Shown here in pieces: positions 9,151 to 16,533 of a stretch of 20,000 nucleotides of DNA. The translations under genes were made by a program, and so were the position numbers. The stretch lies in IMG/VR virus record IMGVR_UViG_3300038317_000166; one strand, 5' to 3'. Position 1 is the stretch's first letter; each line of letters starts with the position of its first letter. The notes below the pieces were generated by a model that did not search any database, was not told where the DNA came from, and saw nothing but the letters and a program-made list of their open reading frames with translations. Source of the stretch: an uncultured virus (IMG/VR IMGVR_UViG_3300038317_000166) (Duplodnaviria > Heunggongvirae > Uroviricota > Caudoviricetes).

Positions 9151-11505
9151 ATGGCGGATATTTACGGCGTAACGCTACAGGCAGGTTCAAGCCCAACCGT
9201 CTATTACACCATTACCTATTCTAAGAGCCGACCGAACAATAGCCAGATGACCTATAACTTTACTATATCCGCAGCGCTGGGTTCGTCAGGTTCTTACATC
9301 CACAGCGGCTACGCCCTGCTCTGTACCATGACCGTAAACGGTTCATCTGCACAAGTGCGCATCAAGGCGGCGGACGGCGACGACTGGGATGGAACCACGC
9401 CTAGGCTCAGATATGTTTCGGTCACATGTGCTTCCACTACGGGAAACACCGCACAGGGCGTGCGCTTTCAGGTGGTGTCGGACGGACGGCTTCCTCTATC
9501 CTCCGGCGTAATTGATAACTCAAGCTACACCGTGTTAAGTTCAGCCCTTCTGACCACGGCCTGCGGAGCACCGACCTCCTGCTCGGTTAGTCCAATACTC
9601 GCGGAAGGAACCGTTACCCTTTCTTGGAGTGGAGCTTCCAGCGGCATAAACAATACGATTTCCAGTTATGAAATCCAGTACAGTGATTCCACTGACAATC
9701 TCACATGGGGAGCTTGGGCTGCACTGACAACGGTGACTACTACAGCTACAAGCGGCAGTGTATCAGTTGATCCGCCTTCGACGCGGGGCAATTACCGCAG
9801 GTTCCAGGTGCGGACGCGTGGTACGGCAGGAGCAAGTTATTACTCCGGCTGGAAAGTATCCACGAACTCCGTCCGCAGGAATACAGCACCGAGTCCGGCG
9901 ACGTCAGCCGTTGCTTCTCCCGCTGAATACAGCAATGAGACGATAACGCTGACTTGGAGCGGAGCCTCTGGCGGCACCAGTCCGGTAAAGGGCTACCAGA
10001 TTGCCAGCCGAACATCCTTGGACAACAGCACCTGGAGCACGTGGAATGTATTGGTCATTCTGACCCTGTCCGCCAGCGGTGGCAGCTACAACCCGGCTGT
10101 ATCAAGCACGCCGGGGACCTATACGCAATTCGGCATCTGGACAATCGACACCTTTGATGTCTATTCTGTTGAGAAAATCAGTAACAGCATCTACTGCGAC
10201 GTCACAGCTTGCGGAGCACCGACCGTCTGCTCGGTAAGCGCGGCATTAGCTGAAGGAAACGTCACCCTCTCGTGGAGCGGTGCAGCCAATGGCGCGGGCA
10301 ACGCCATCACGTCCTATGAAATACAGTACAGCGACTCTCCCGACAACAGCAGCTGGGGCGATTGGACGGCTCTGACCACGGTGAGCACCTCGGCGACAAA
10401 TGGCATCTTGAGTGTCAGCCCTCCGGCCACGAGGGGCAATTACCGCCGGTTTCGGATACGGACGCGCGGTGCCGCCGGTGAAAGCTTCTATTCCGACTGG
10501 ACGGTGTCCAGCAATACTGTTCGCAGAAATACACTGCCAACGCCGCCGGCATCTTTTACCGCCGCACCCGCGATTTATGAAGGTGGCGTCGTAACGCTTA
10601 CGTGGAGTGGAGCAGCTCCCGGAACCAGCGCCATCAAACAGTACGTCATCCAGCGTTCAACTTCTACGGATGGAACGAACTGGTCGGCATACGAAGCTCT
10701 TACAATAGTTGTTTCAAGCTCCACCTCTGGAACGTATACGGCGAACGCTTCCCAGATAGCCGGAACATATACTCGCTACCGTATCAGCGTAACCGATACC
10801 TTAGATGCGGTTTCCGCCTATGTAATCAGCGGGACGGTAAAGAAAAACAGCCCTCCGTCTGCTCCGGTAATCGTCTGCCCGCCGTCCGGCGGTTCCAGCT
10901 ACAATACCACTCCGCGTTTTATGATTACAACGGGTGTCGAACCGGACGGCCAGTCGCAGATTGTGGAAGTAAAAATCGATACGGGTGTTTGGATCAACAG
11001 TGTGGATAATCCCGAGCGATTTTCCACGAGCGGATACCTTGGGAATGGCGTTAAAACAGTCTATCAGGCGGAAACGCTGGCGGCAGGAAGTCATTCTATT
11101 ACCATCCGCTGCCTTGACAGCGATATCGAGTCGGCGAGTCCGGAGGTTGTCCGCACTTTTACAGTCCTGTCAACGCCATTCGAGACAATTACCGCGAACG
11201 AAACCCATGTGAAAGCGGTGCATATTCGGACACTCCGAACCGCTGTAAACATGGTACGAAGCTATTATGGCTTATCGCCCGCAACTTGGAGTGAGGACAT
11301 TTCCGCTGGAAAGACTACGGTCAAAAACTGGCCGTTCCACATCACGGAACTTCGAAAAGCCATCGAGCCTGTCATTACGGCGGTCAACGGTTTCGATTTC
11401 TCATCTTCTTTTGATATCCCACCCGTAACTTGGCTGCCCATCGGAGCAGGGCGTCCAAAAGCGGATGTGATGCAGCAGATTCAGAATTTGATTTTAACAC
11501 TTTAA
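9151..11505 (+). CDS. Tail-associated protein with four fibronectin type III-like repeats (putative adhesin)
   Basis: Ser/Thr-rich 784 aa; four VTL(S/T)WSGA...Y.I...D...W...Y.RF/Y units; RBS GGAGGTGA. Confidence 0.8.
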   Translation: MADIYGVTLQAGSSPTVYYTITYSKSRPNNSQMTYNFTISAALGSSGSYIHSGYALLCTMTVNGSSAQVRIKAADGDDWDGTTPRLRYVSVTCASTTGNTAQGVRFQVVSDGRLPLSSGVIDNSSYTVLSSALLTTACGAPTSCSVSPILAEGTVTLSWSGASSGINNTISSYEIQYSDSTDNLTWGAWAALTTVTTTATSGSVSVDPPSTRGNYRRFQVRTRGTAGASYYSGWKVSTNSVRRNTAPSPATSAVASPAEYSNETITLTWSGASGGTSPVKGYQIASRTSLDNSTWSTWNVLVILTLSASGGSYNPAVSSTPGTYTQFGIWTIDTFDVYSVEKISNSIYCDVTACGAPTVCSVSAALAEGNVTLSWSGAANGAGNAITSYEIQYSDSPDNSSWGDWTALTTVSTSATNGILSVSPPATRGNYRRFRIRTRGAAGESFYSDWTVSSNTVRRNTLPTPPASFTAAPAIYEGGVVTLTWSGAAPGTSAIKQYVIQRSTSTDGTNWSAYEALTIVVSSSTSGTYTANASQIAGTYTRYRISVTDTLDAVSAYVISGTVKKNSPPSAPVIVCPPSGGSSYNTTPRFMITTGVEPDGQSQIVEVKIDTGVWINSVDNPERFSTSGYLGNGVKTVYQAETLAAGSHSITIRCLDSDIESASPEVVRTFTVLSTPFETITANETHVKAVHIRTLRTAVNMVRSYYGLSPATWSEDISAGKTTVKNWPFHITELRKAIEPVITAVNGFDFSSSFDIPPVTWLPIGAGRPKADVMQQIQNLILTL
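9556..10851 (+). repeat. Intragenic tandem duplication of a 648-bp (216-aa) two-domain unit
   Basis: TACGAPTSCSVS at 9556 recurs as TACGAPTVCSVS at 10204; SYEIQYSDS.DN..WG.W.ALTTV and TRGNYRRF..RTRG.AG.S.YS.W.VS.N.VRRNT are shared. Confidence 0.9.
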
Positions 11506-11518
11506 CACAGTATGGATG

Positions 11519-11549
11519 ATGCGCCTTTGCGGATGCGGGGCGCATTTTT
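11519..11549 (+). terminator. Probable intrinsic terminator or attenuator between tail and lysis genes
   Basis: ATGCGCC (11519-11525) pairs with GGCGCAT (11539-11545), extendable by G-U pairs, followed by TTTT. Confidence 0.55.
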
Positions 11550-11577
11550 ATATGCAAAACAAAAAGGAGGACTCCCA

Positions 11578-12006
11578 ATGAAAGAAGTATGGAACTGGAT
11601 TCAAGTATTGGTGGCAGCGGCTGGTGGCTTCTTCGGCTGGTTTTTCGGCGGCTTTGACGGCTTCTTGTATGCGCTGCTTGTGTTCGTAGTTGTGGACTAC
11701 ATCACCGGTGTCATGTGCGCCATCGCGGACAAAAAGCTGTCCAGCGAGGTCGGCTTCAAGGGCATCTGCAAGAAGGTGCTGATTTTTGTCATGGTGGGCG
11801 TCGCGCACATTATGGACATCTATCTCATCGGCAACGGCGAGGTTCTGCGTACCGCCGTCATCTTTTTCTACTGCTCCAACGAAGGCGTGTCCATGCTGGA
11901 GAACGCGGCGCATCTGGGACTGCCTATTCCCGAAAAACTCAAGGCAGCACTGGAGCAACTTCACGGGCGGAGCGACGATTCAGCAAAGCCGGGTGATGGC
12001 GCATGA
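11578..12006 (+). CDS. Phage holin (toxin secretion/phage lysis holin family)
   Basis: ATG at 11578 after AAGGAGG; hydrophobic helices with DYITG, LSSEVGFKGICKK and NEGVSMLENA..LGLPIPEKL motifs. Confidence 0.93.
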   Translation: MKEVWNWIQVLVAAAGGFFGWFFGGFDGFLYALLVFVVVDYITGVMCAIADKKLSSEVGFKGICKKVLIFVMVGVAHIMDIYLIGNGEVLRTAVIFFYCSNEGVSMLENAAHLGLPIPEKLKAALEQLHGRSDDSAKPGDGA

Positions 12007-13391
12007 TTGATTTAACAAAAGCTGCGACAGTATTCATCGGTCGGCAGGGCGAGAACCATTTTCGCAATCTGGAGTTTGATGTCTCCAGCTTGCTTGGTGA
12101 CGAATATCCCGGCGAGACGTTGACCGCCATTTACAAACGGCCGGACGGCGTCGCTTATCCCATAGTTACAAGCTATGCGGACGGCGTGCTGACCTGGTTG
12201 CCCGGTTCGACGGAAACCGAAATCGTCGGCGTGGGGCAGCTGGAAATCAGGGTTACCCATGAGGACGTTGTCGGGAAAAGCGCGCGGGTACTCACCATCG
12301 TGGAGGAGGCTCTTGCGGACGGAATAGTCGAACCGCCGGAGCCTCCCGCGCAGGAATGGCTGAATCAGGTGCTGACAGCTCTCGCCGCAATTGATGTGAA
12401 TGACACCTACGCGCTGCTCAATCTCACGTACAACCTGTTAAATGATAACTATACTCTGCTCGGAACCGCGCATGACCAGATGGTGAGCATGCGTGACACG
12501 CTGTATACCCGCACCGGGATTATCCTCAATCATCTGCACCCGGTGGAGACTGCCTCGGCACCGGATATGGCAAGCCGTAGAGCGTCCATCACCTTTGCCG
12601 GAATATCGGCGGGCAGCAATATGGTGATTGATAGCGTAACCTATTTGTTTGTTGCGGTGCTGGGCAGTCCGGCAGCAAATACAGTGCAGGTACTGATTCA
12701 GAGCAATCTCAGCGACACGGTCAAAAAGCTTGCCGAAGCCATACGGGGCGTTCAGGATGCGGTAAACATTGCATATGGAAGTGGAACAAATCCGCACCCC
12801 ACCTGTACAGGCTACTGGACAAAGCAGCGGTTTTCCATTGGGGACATTTCCGTTGCTCCCGGAGAAAGCCTGTTCCTGCTGGAAAAAGCAGAAGACGTCA
12901 ATACTGCCATGACGCTGACCTCCACTGCCGCATCAACCATCAACGCTTTCATTCGGATGCCGCACCTGCGGTATGTCTTGTCGGGTAATGCTCTCGGCTC
13001 GGGTGGCACCAACAGCCTCAGAGGGCCTATGCATACCATTCTGCCCATTGGCAGCATTGTAATCGGCGGTCAGGACGATCCGCTTATCCCGGTGCCCTAC
13101 GACTGCCATCTGGTCACCATATGCCGCCAATCGGATACCACCGAAAAGGAGCTGGACTTCTATATCTCAAACGACGAGCAGACCTTTACCCGGATTTCGA
13201 GAAGTACGCCACTCGGCGCGGATAGTTCCACAGAGGCCCAGCACGCTCAAATCGCTATGCGACAAAGCAGAGTGCCTGCCGGCTACGGGCTATACGCTCG
13301 CATTGGAAGCAACGGCACATCGACGACCGCTTACTGTGATCTGAAGTTTACCTACCATCTGTACCCGGCCGCGCTTGCGGCTTACATTTAA
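12003..13391 (+). CDS. Hypothetical protein; BppU-like N-terminus, putative auxiliary tail fibre / receptor-binding protein
   Basis: 462 aa; ATGA overlap with holin; N-terminal IGRQGEN..R.LEFD...YKRPDG..YP...LTW...G.G.LEI resembles upper-baseplate/fibre attachment domains; Pro-rich linker, heptad segment, beta-rich C-terminus. Confidence 0.6.
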   Translation: MIDLTKAATVFIGRQGENHFRNLEFDVSSLLGDEYPGETLTAIYKRPDGVAYPIVTSYADGVLTWLPGSTETEIVGVGQLEIRVTHEDVVGKSARVLTIVEEALADGIVEPPEPPAQEWLNQVLTALAAIDVNDTYALLNLTYNLLNDNYTLLGTAHDQMVSMRDTLYTRTGIILNHLHPVETASAPDMASRRASITFAGISAGSNMVIDSVTYLFVAVLGSPAANTVQVLIQSNLSDTVKKLAEAIRGVQDAVNIAYGSGTNPHPTCTGYWTKQRFSIGDISVAPGESLFLLEKAEDVNTAMTLTSTAASTINAFIRMPHLRYVLSGNALGSGGTNSLRGPMHTILPIGSIVIGGQDDPLIPVPYDCHLVTICRQSDTTEKELDFYISNDEQTFTRISRSTPLGADSSTEAQHAQIAMRQSRVPAGYGLYARIGSNGTSTTAYCDLKFTYHLYPAALAAYI

Positions 13392-13408
13392 ACTGTGAGG
13401 TGCTTTTT

Positions 13409-14128
13409 ATGAATCTGCATAAACTCATTCTGACAAACAACGCCTGCTACAAGGCGGGCCGCACCATTACGCCGAAGGGTATCATAGTGCATTCCACCGG
13501 GGCGAACAATCCCAATCTGAAACGCTATGTCGGCCCGGATGACGGACTGCTTGGCAAAAACCAGTACAACAATCACTGGAACCAGAATACGCCGGACGGC
13601 CGTCAGGTCTGCGTCCACGGTTTTATCGGTAAACTGGCTGATGGCTCCATTGCAACGTACCAGACCTTGCCGTGGAATATGCGCGGCTGGCACTGTGGCA
13701 GCGGTACAAAAGGCTCCGGTAACGATACACATATCGGCTTCGAAATCTGCGAGGACGGTCTGACCGATGCCTCGTATTTTTCTGCCGTTTACAAGGAAGC
13801 CGTGGAGCTTTGCGTATATCTCTGCAAGCAATACGGACTTACGGAAAAGGACATCATCTGTCACTCGGAGGGTGCGAAGCTGGGGATCGCCAGTAATCAC
13901 GGCGATGTCATGCACTGGTTTCCTAAGTTTGGCAAGAACATGGACACCTTCCGCGCTGCGGTCAAGGCCGGGTTGACGACAGCGAAAACGACCGCTGAAT
14001 CTGACACGCCGAAGAAATATTACCGTGTGCAGGTCGGTGCATATTCCGTCAAGGCAAACGCCGATGCTATGCTCAAAAAGGTCAAGGCGGCTGGTTTCTC
14101 TGACGCTTTTGTGAAGTATAGCGAGTGA
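13409..14128 (+). CDS. Endolysin: N-acetylmuramoyl-L-alanine amidase (amidase_2) with C-terminal SPOR domain
   Basis: GIIVHSTGANNP, VH.FIG, GWHCG, IGFEICE, ICHSEG, NHGD zinc-amidase motifs; YRVQVGAYSVKANADAMLKKVKAAGFSDAFV SPOR repeat; RBS GAGGTG before ATG 13409. Confidence 0.93.
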   Translation: MNLHKLILTNNACYKAGRTITPKGIIVHSTGANNPNLKRYVGPDDGLLGKNQYNNHWNQNTPDGRQVCVHGFIGKLADGSIATYQTLPWNMRGWHCGSGTKGSGNDTHIGFEICEDGLTDASYFSAVYKEAVELCVYLCKQYGLTEKDIICHSEGAKLGIASNHGDVMHWFPKFGKNMDTFRAAVKAGLTTAKTTAESDTPKKYYRVQVGAYSVKANADAMLKKVKAAGFSDAFVKYSE

Positions 14129-14145
14129 CCATATACACATTGCAG

Positions 14146-14188
14146 TAATGCCTACTGGAGATTTTCTCTCTGGTAGGCATTATTTTTT
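14146..14188 (+). terminator. Intrinsic terminator ending the late operon
   Basis: 16-bp stem TAATGCCTACTGGAGA / TCTCTGGTAGGCATTA (two G-U pairs), 5-nt loop, then TTTTTT. Confidence 0.88.
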
Positions 14189-14216
14189 GCTCTTTTTTCG
14201 TCCAAACAGACTGAAA

Positions 14217-14259
14217 TCTTCCAGTGAGTTGTGAGGACAGAGGTTCTCAGACTGGAGGA
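14217..14259 (+). promoter_or_regulatory. Predicted RNA hairpin occluding the RBS of the SHOCT-like gene
   Basis: TCTTCCAGT (14217-14225) pairs with ACTGGAGGA (14251-14259, contains GGAGG); inner stem TGAGGAC-AGAG-GTTCTCA (14232-14249). Confidence 0.5.
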
Positions 14260-14266
14260 AAAATAC

Positions 14267-14488
14267 ATGGCCAATATTACTGGCGTAATACCAGAAATCA
14301 ATTATGAAAAGAAACCTGTTCCGCAGGAGCAATTGCAGCGAGAAGTAGATTATGTAAGGGCACAGCGGATACTCTCTTTCATGCTCCAAAACGGACTTGT
14401 TTCCTTGTCGGAATTCAACAAGATAACCACATTAAACCGCAAATCTTTCTCACCGGCTCTGGCACAGATTATGCCCGAAAGCCGTTGA
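14267..14488 (+). CDS. Small SHOCT-like domain protein preceding the recombinases
   Basis: 73 aa from ATG 14267 with RBS GGAGG; EVDYVRAQRIL..ML..GLVS.SEFNKI...NR.SFSP pattern is typical of genes upstream of serine recombinase clusters. Confidence 0.75.
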   Translation: MANITGVIPEINYEKKPVPQEQLQREVDYVRAQRILSFMLQNGLVSLSEFNKITTLNRKSFSPALAQIMPESR

Positions 14489-14513
14489 TATTACTGAACT
14501 TCAGAGGTAATAT
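14485..14513 (+). promoter_or_regulatory. SigA-like promoter of the recombinase operon, overlapped by an imperfect palindrome
   Basis: TTGATA-N17-TAATAT, followed by RBS AAGGAGGTGA and the TTG start at 14539; ATATTAC...GTAATAT and CTGAA-C-TTCAG dyads lie over it. Confidence 0.55.
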
Positions 14514-14538
14514 GTCACACTGACAAGGAGGTGAAAAA

Positions 14539-16101
14539 TTGAAAAAGGTAACGAAAATCAATGAAAATACGTCTGATTTTACAGAGCTTCCCAAACTGCG
14601 TGTTGCGGCTTACTGCCGTGTGTCCACCGATAGTGATGATCAGCTGGTCAGTCTCGACACACAGATAAAGCACTACGAATCCTACATCAAATCAAATCCT
14701 GACTGGGATTTTGCCGGGCTTTATTATGACGAGGGCATCACCGGTACAAAAAAGGAAAAGCGGCCGGAGCTGCTTCGCATGATTGCCGACTGCGAGAACA
14801 AGAAAATTGACTTCATCGTAACAAAGTCCATTAGCCGGTTTGCAAGGAATACAACCGACTGTCTGGAACTGGTGAGGAAGCTGCTTGACCTCGGCATTTT
14901 CATTTACTTTGAGAAGGAAAATATAAACACCGGGTCAATGGAAAGTGAACTCATGCTGTCAATCCTGAGTGGACTGGCCGAAAATGAGTCGGTCTCTATT
15001 GCGGAAAACAGCAAATGGTCGGTAAAGCGTAGGTTTCAAAATGGGACCTTCAAGATTTCCTATCCGCCCTACGGCTACGATACTGCTGATGGAAAGCTGG
15101 TCATAAACGAATCACAGGCGGAAATAGTCCGTTTTATTTTCTTCGAAATTCTTTCCGGCAAGGGTACCGGCAAAATTGCAAATGAGCTGAACCGCCGCGA
15201 TGTGCCATCCAAGAAAGGCGGTCGCTGGACGGCGACAACCATTCGCGGGATGCTCGGTAATGAAAAATACACCGGCGATGCCATTTTTCAAAAAACCTAC
15301 ACCGATATGCACTTCAACCGCCACTACAATTACGGTGAAAAAGACCAGTTCCTGATTAAAAATCATCATGATGCGATTATCAGCCATGAGGATTTCGATG
15401 CCGCGCAGGCTATCATTGAACAGCACGGCAAAGAAAAAGGCGTGGAAAAATATCAGGATAAGTACCAAAACCGATATCCGTTTTCAGGCAAAATCATCTG
15501 CGGTCAGTGCGGTGGCAAATTCAAGCGTCGCATCCACTCCACCGGCAGGCATAATATCGCATGGTGCTGTACCAATCATATAGAGGACGCTAAGAAATGT
15601 TCCATGAAATACATCCCGGAGTCTGATTTTGAATATGCGTTTGTAACTATGGTGAATAAGCTCATATTCGGTCACCAAACCGTTTTAAGGCCCTTATTAA
15701 TGGGCCTTCGCGGTATCAACTCCGAAGACAGTGTGGCAAAGCTGCACACCCTCGATAAAAAGCTCGAAGAAAACGCGGAACAGCGAAAGGTGCTGGTTAC
15801 ACTACAGACCCGTGGCTACCTTGAGCCTGCCGTTTACAACAAGGGAAATAACGAACTTTTGCAAGAAGCCGAGCGCATACAGCGCCAGAAAGAATCCATA
15901 TCCCGCTTCATAAACAGCGACAATATTAACCTGCATGAGGTCAGCGAGCTCCTGCAATACGCCACAAAGGCGGCAATGCTGAAGGGCTTTGACAGAGAAC
16001 TGTTTACTCGCTTCGTGGAGCGGATTCTTGTATATTCACGAACAGAAATAGGGTTCGAATTAAAATGCGGCATTACGCTGAAAGAAAGGTTGGTGAGATA
16101 A
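14539..16101 (+). CDS. Large serine recombinase 1 (resolvase, recombinase, Zn-ribbon and coiled-coil domains)
   Basis: [15 protein letters not shown] with catalytic Ser, [34 protein letters not shown]...WCC...C zinc ribbon; TTG start. Confidence 0.95.
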   Translation: MKKVTKINENTSDFTELPKLRVAAYCRVSTDSDDQLVSLDTQIKHYESYIKSNPDWDFAGLYYDEGITGTKKEKRPELLRMIADCENKKIDFIVTKSISRFARNTTDCLELVRKLLDLGIFIYFEKENINTGSMESELMLSILSGLAENESVSIAENSKWSVKRRFQNGTFKISYPPYGYDTADGKLVINESQAEIVRFIFFEILSGKGTGKIANELNRRDVPSKKGGRWTATTIRGMLGNEKYTGDAIFQKTYTDMHFNRHYNYGEKDQFLIKNHHDAIISHEDFDAAQAIIEQHGKEKGVEKYQDKYQNRYPFSGKIICGQCGGKFKRRIHSTGRHNIAWCCTNHIEDAKKCSMKYIPESDFEYAFVTMVNKLIFGHQTVLRPLLMGLRGINSEDSVAKLHTLDKKLEENAEQRKVLVTLQTRGYLEPAVYNKGNNELLQEAERIQRQKESISRFINSDNINLHEVSELLQYATKAAMLKGFDRELFTRFVERILVYSRTEIGFELKCGITLKERLVR

Positions 16102-16533
16102 ATGGGCCACACTCCATACGGTTACCGGATTATAAACGGAAAAGCCGTGATTGATGAACAATCTGCCGAGCGGATAAAAATCCTGTTTCAGTCCTATCTG
16201 ACCGGCGATTCTTTGGCAACGGCAGCAAAAAAAGCTGAAATTATAGCATTCCACGCAGGCATCAGCAGGATGCTCCAGAATAAGCGCTATCTCGGTGACG
16301 AATATTACCCGGCGATTGTCGACCCGGACACATTTACGGCTGCTGAAGCGGAACGTATCAGACGGGCAGAAAAACTCGGCCGAGTCCGAGAACTAAAAGC
16401 AAAAAAAGAGGTCGTCTATCCCACTGCCTTCCGCATCAGCGAAGACAGAGAGCGGTTTGACGACCCATTCCAGCAGGCGGAATATTCCTACAGCCTGATA
16501 GAAACGGAGGTGGATATAGATGGAGGTCAGTAA
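16102..16533 (+). CDS. Recombinase-domain-only protein (no catalytic domain)
   Basis: Begins at PYGY.I.NG...IDE..A..I..LF..YL.G, then ML.NKRYLG..YPAIVD..TF; no YxRVS motif and no Zn ribbon; starts immediately after the upstream stop. Confidence 0.85.
   Translation: MGHTPYGYRIINGKAVIDEQSAERIKILFQSYLTGDSLATAAKKAEIIAFHAGISRMLQNKRYLGDEYYPAIVDPDTFTAAEAERIRRAEKLGRVRELKAKKEVVYPTAFRISEDRERFDDPFQQAEYSYSLIETEVDIDGGQ

Noticed and set aside
9130..9155. Stop-codon read-through fusing the 167-aa anchor to the FN3 protein
   Set aside because: The ORFs are in different frames, there is no slippery sequence, and the downstream gene has its own strong RBS.
11512..11577. Longer holin start at 11512 from the ORF track, or a dual-start holin/antiholin motif
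   Set aside because: No RBS at 11512, the extension overlaps the hairpin, a strong AAGGAGG precedes ATG 11578, and there is no Met-Lys-Met motif.
6698..13391. Diversity-generating retroelement acting on a tail fibre tip
   Set aside because: No reverse transcriptase in the window and no TR/VR pair differing at adenines; the only long duplication is in-frame with changes at all bases. A DGR elsewhere in the prophage cannot be excluded.
13388..14140. 250-aa antisense ORF spanning the endolysin, and similar long antisense ORFs such as 2449-3006, 16436-16996 and 17294-17803
   Set aside because: They mirror well-supported + strand genes, lack recognisable motifs, and are expected shadow ORFs at this GC content.
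16102..16533. Middle recombinase gene as a pseudogene fragment
   Set aside because: Clean ATG placed exactly at the domain start, tight coupling to both neighbours and no remnant of a catalytic domain upstream; it looks like a maintained gene.
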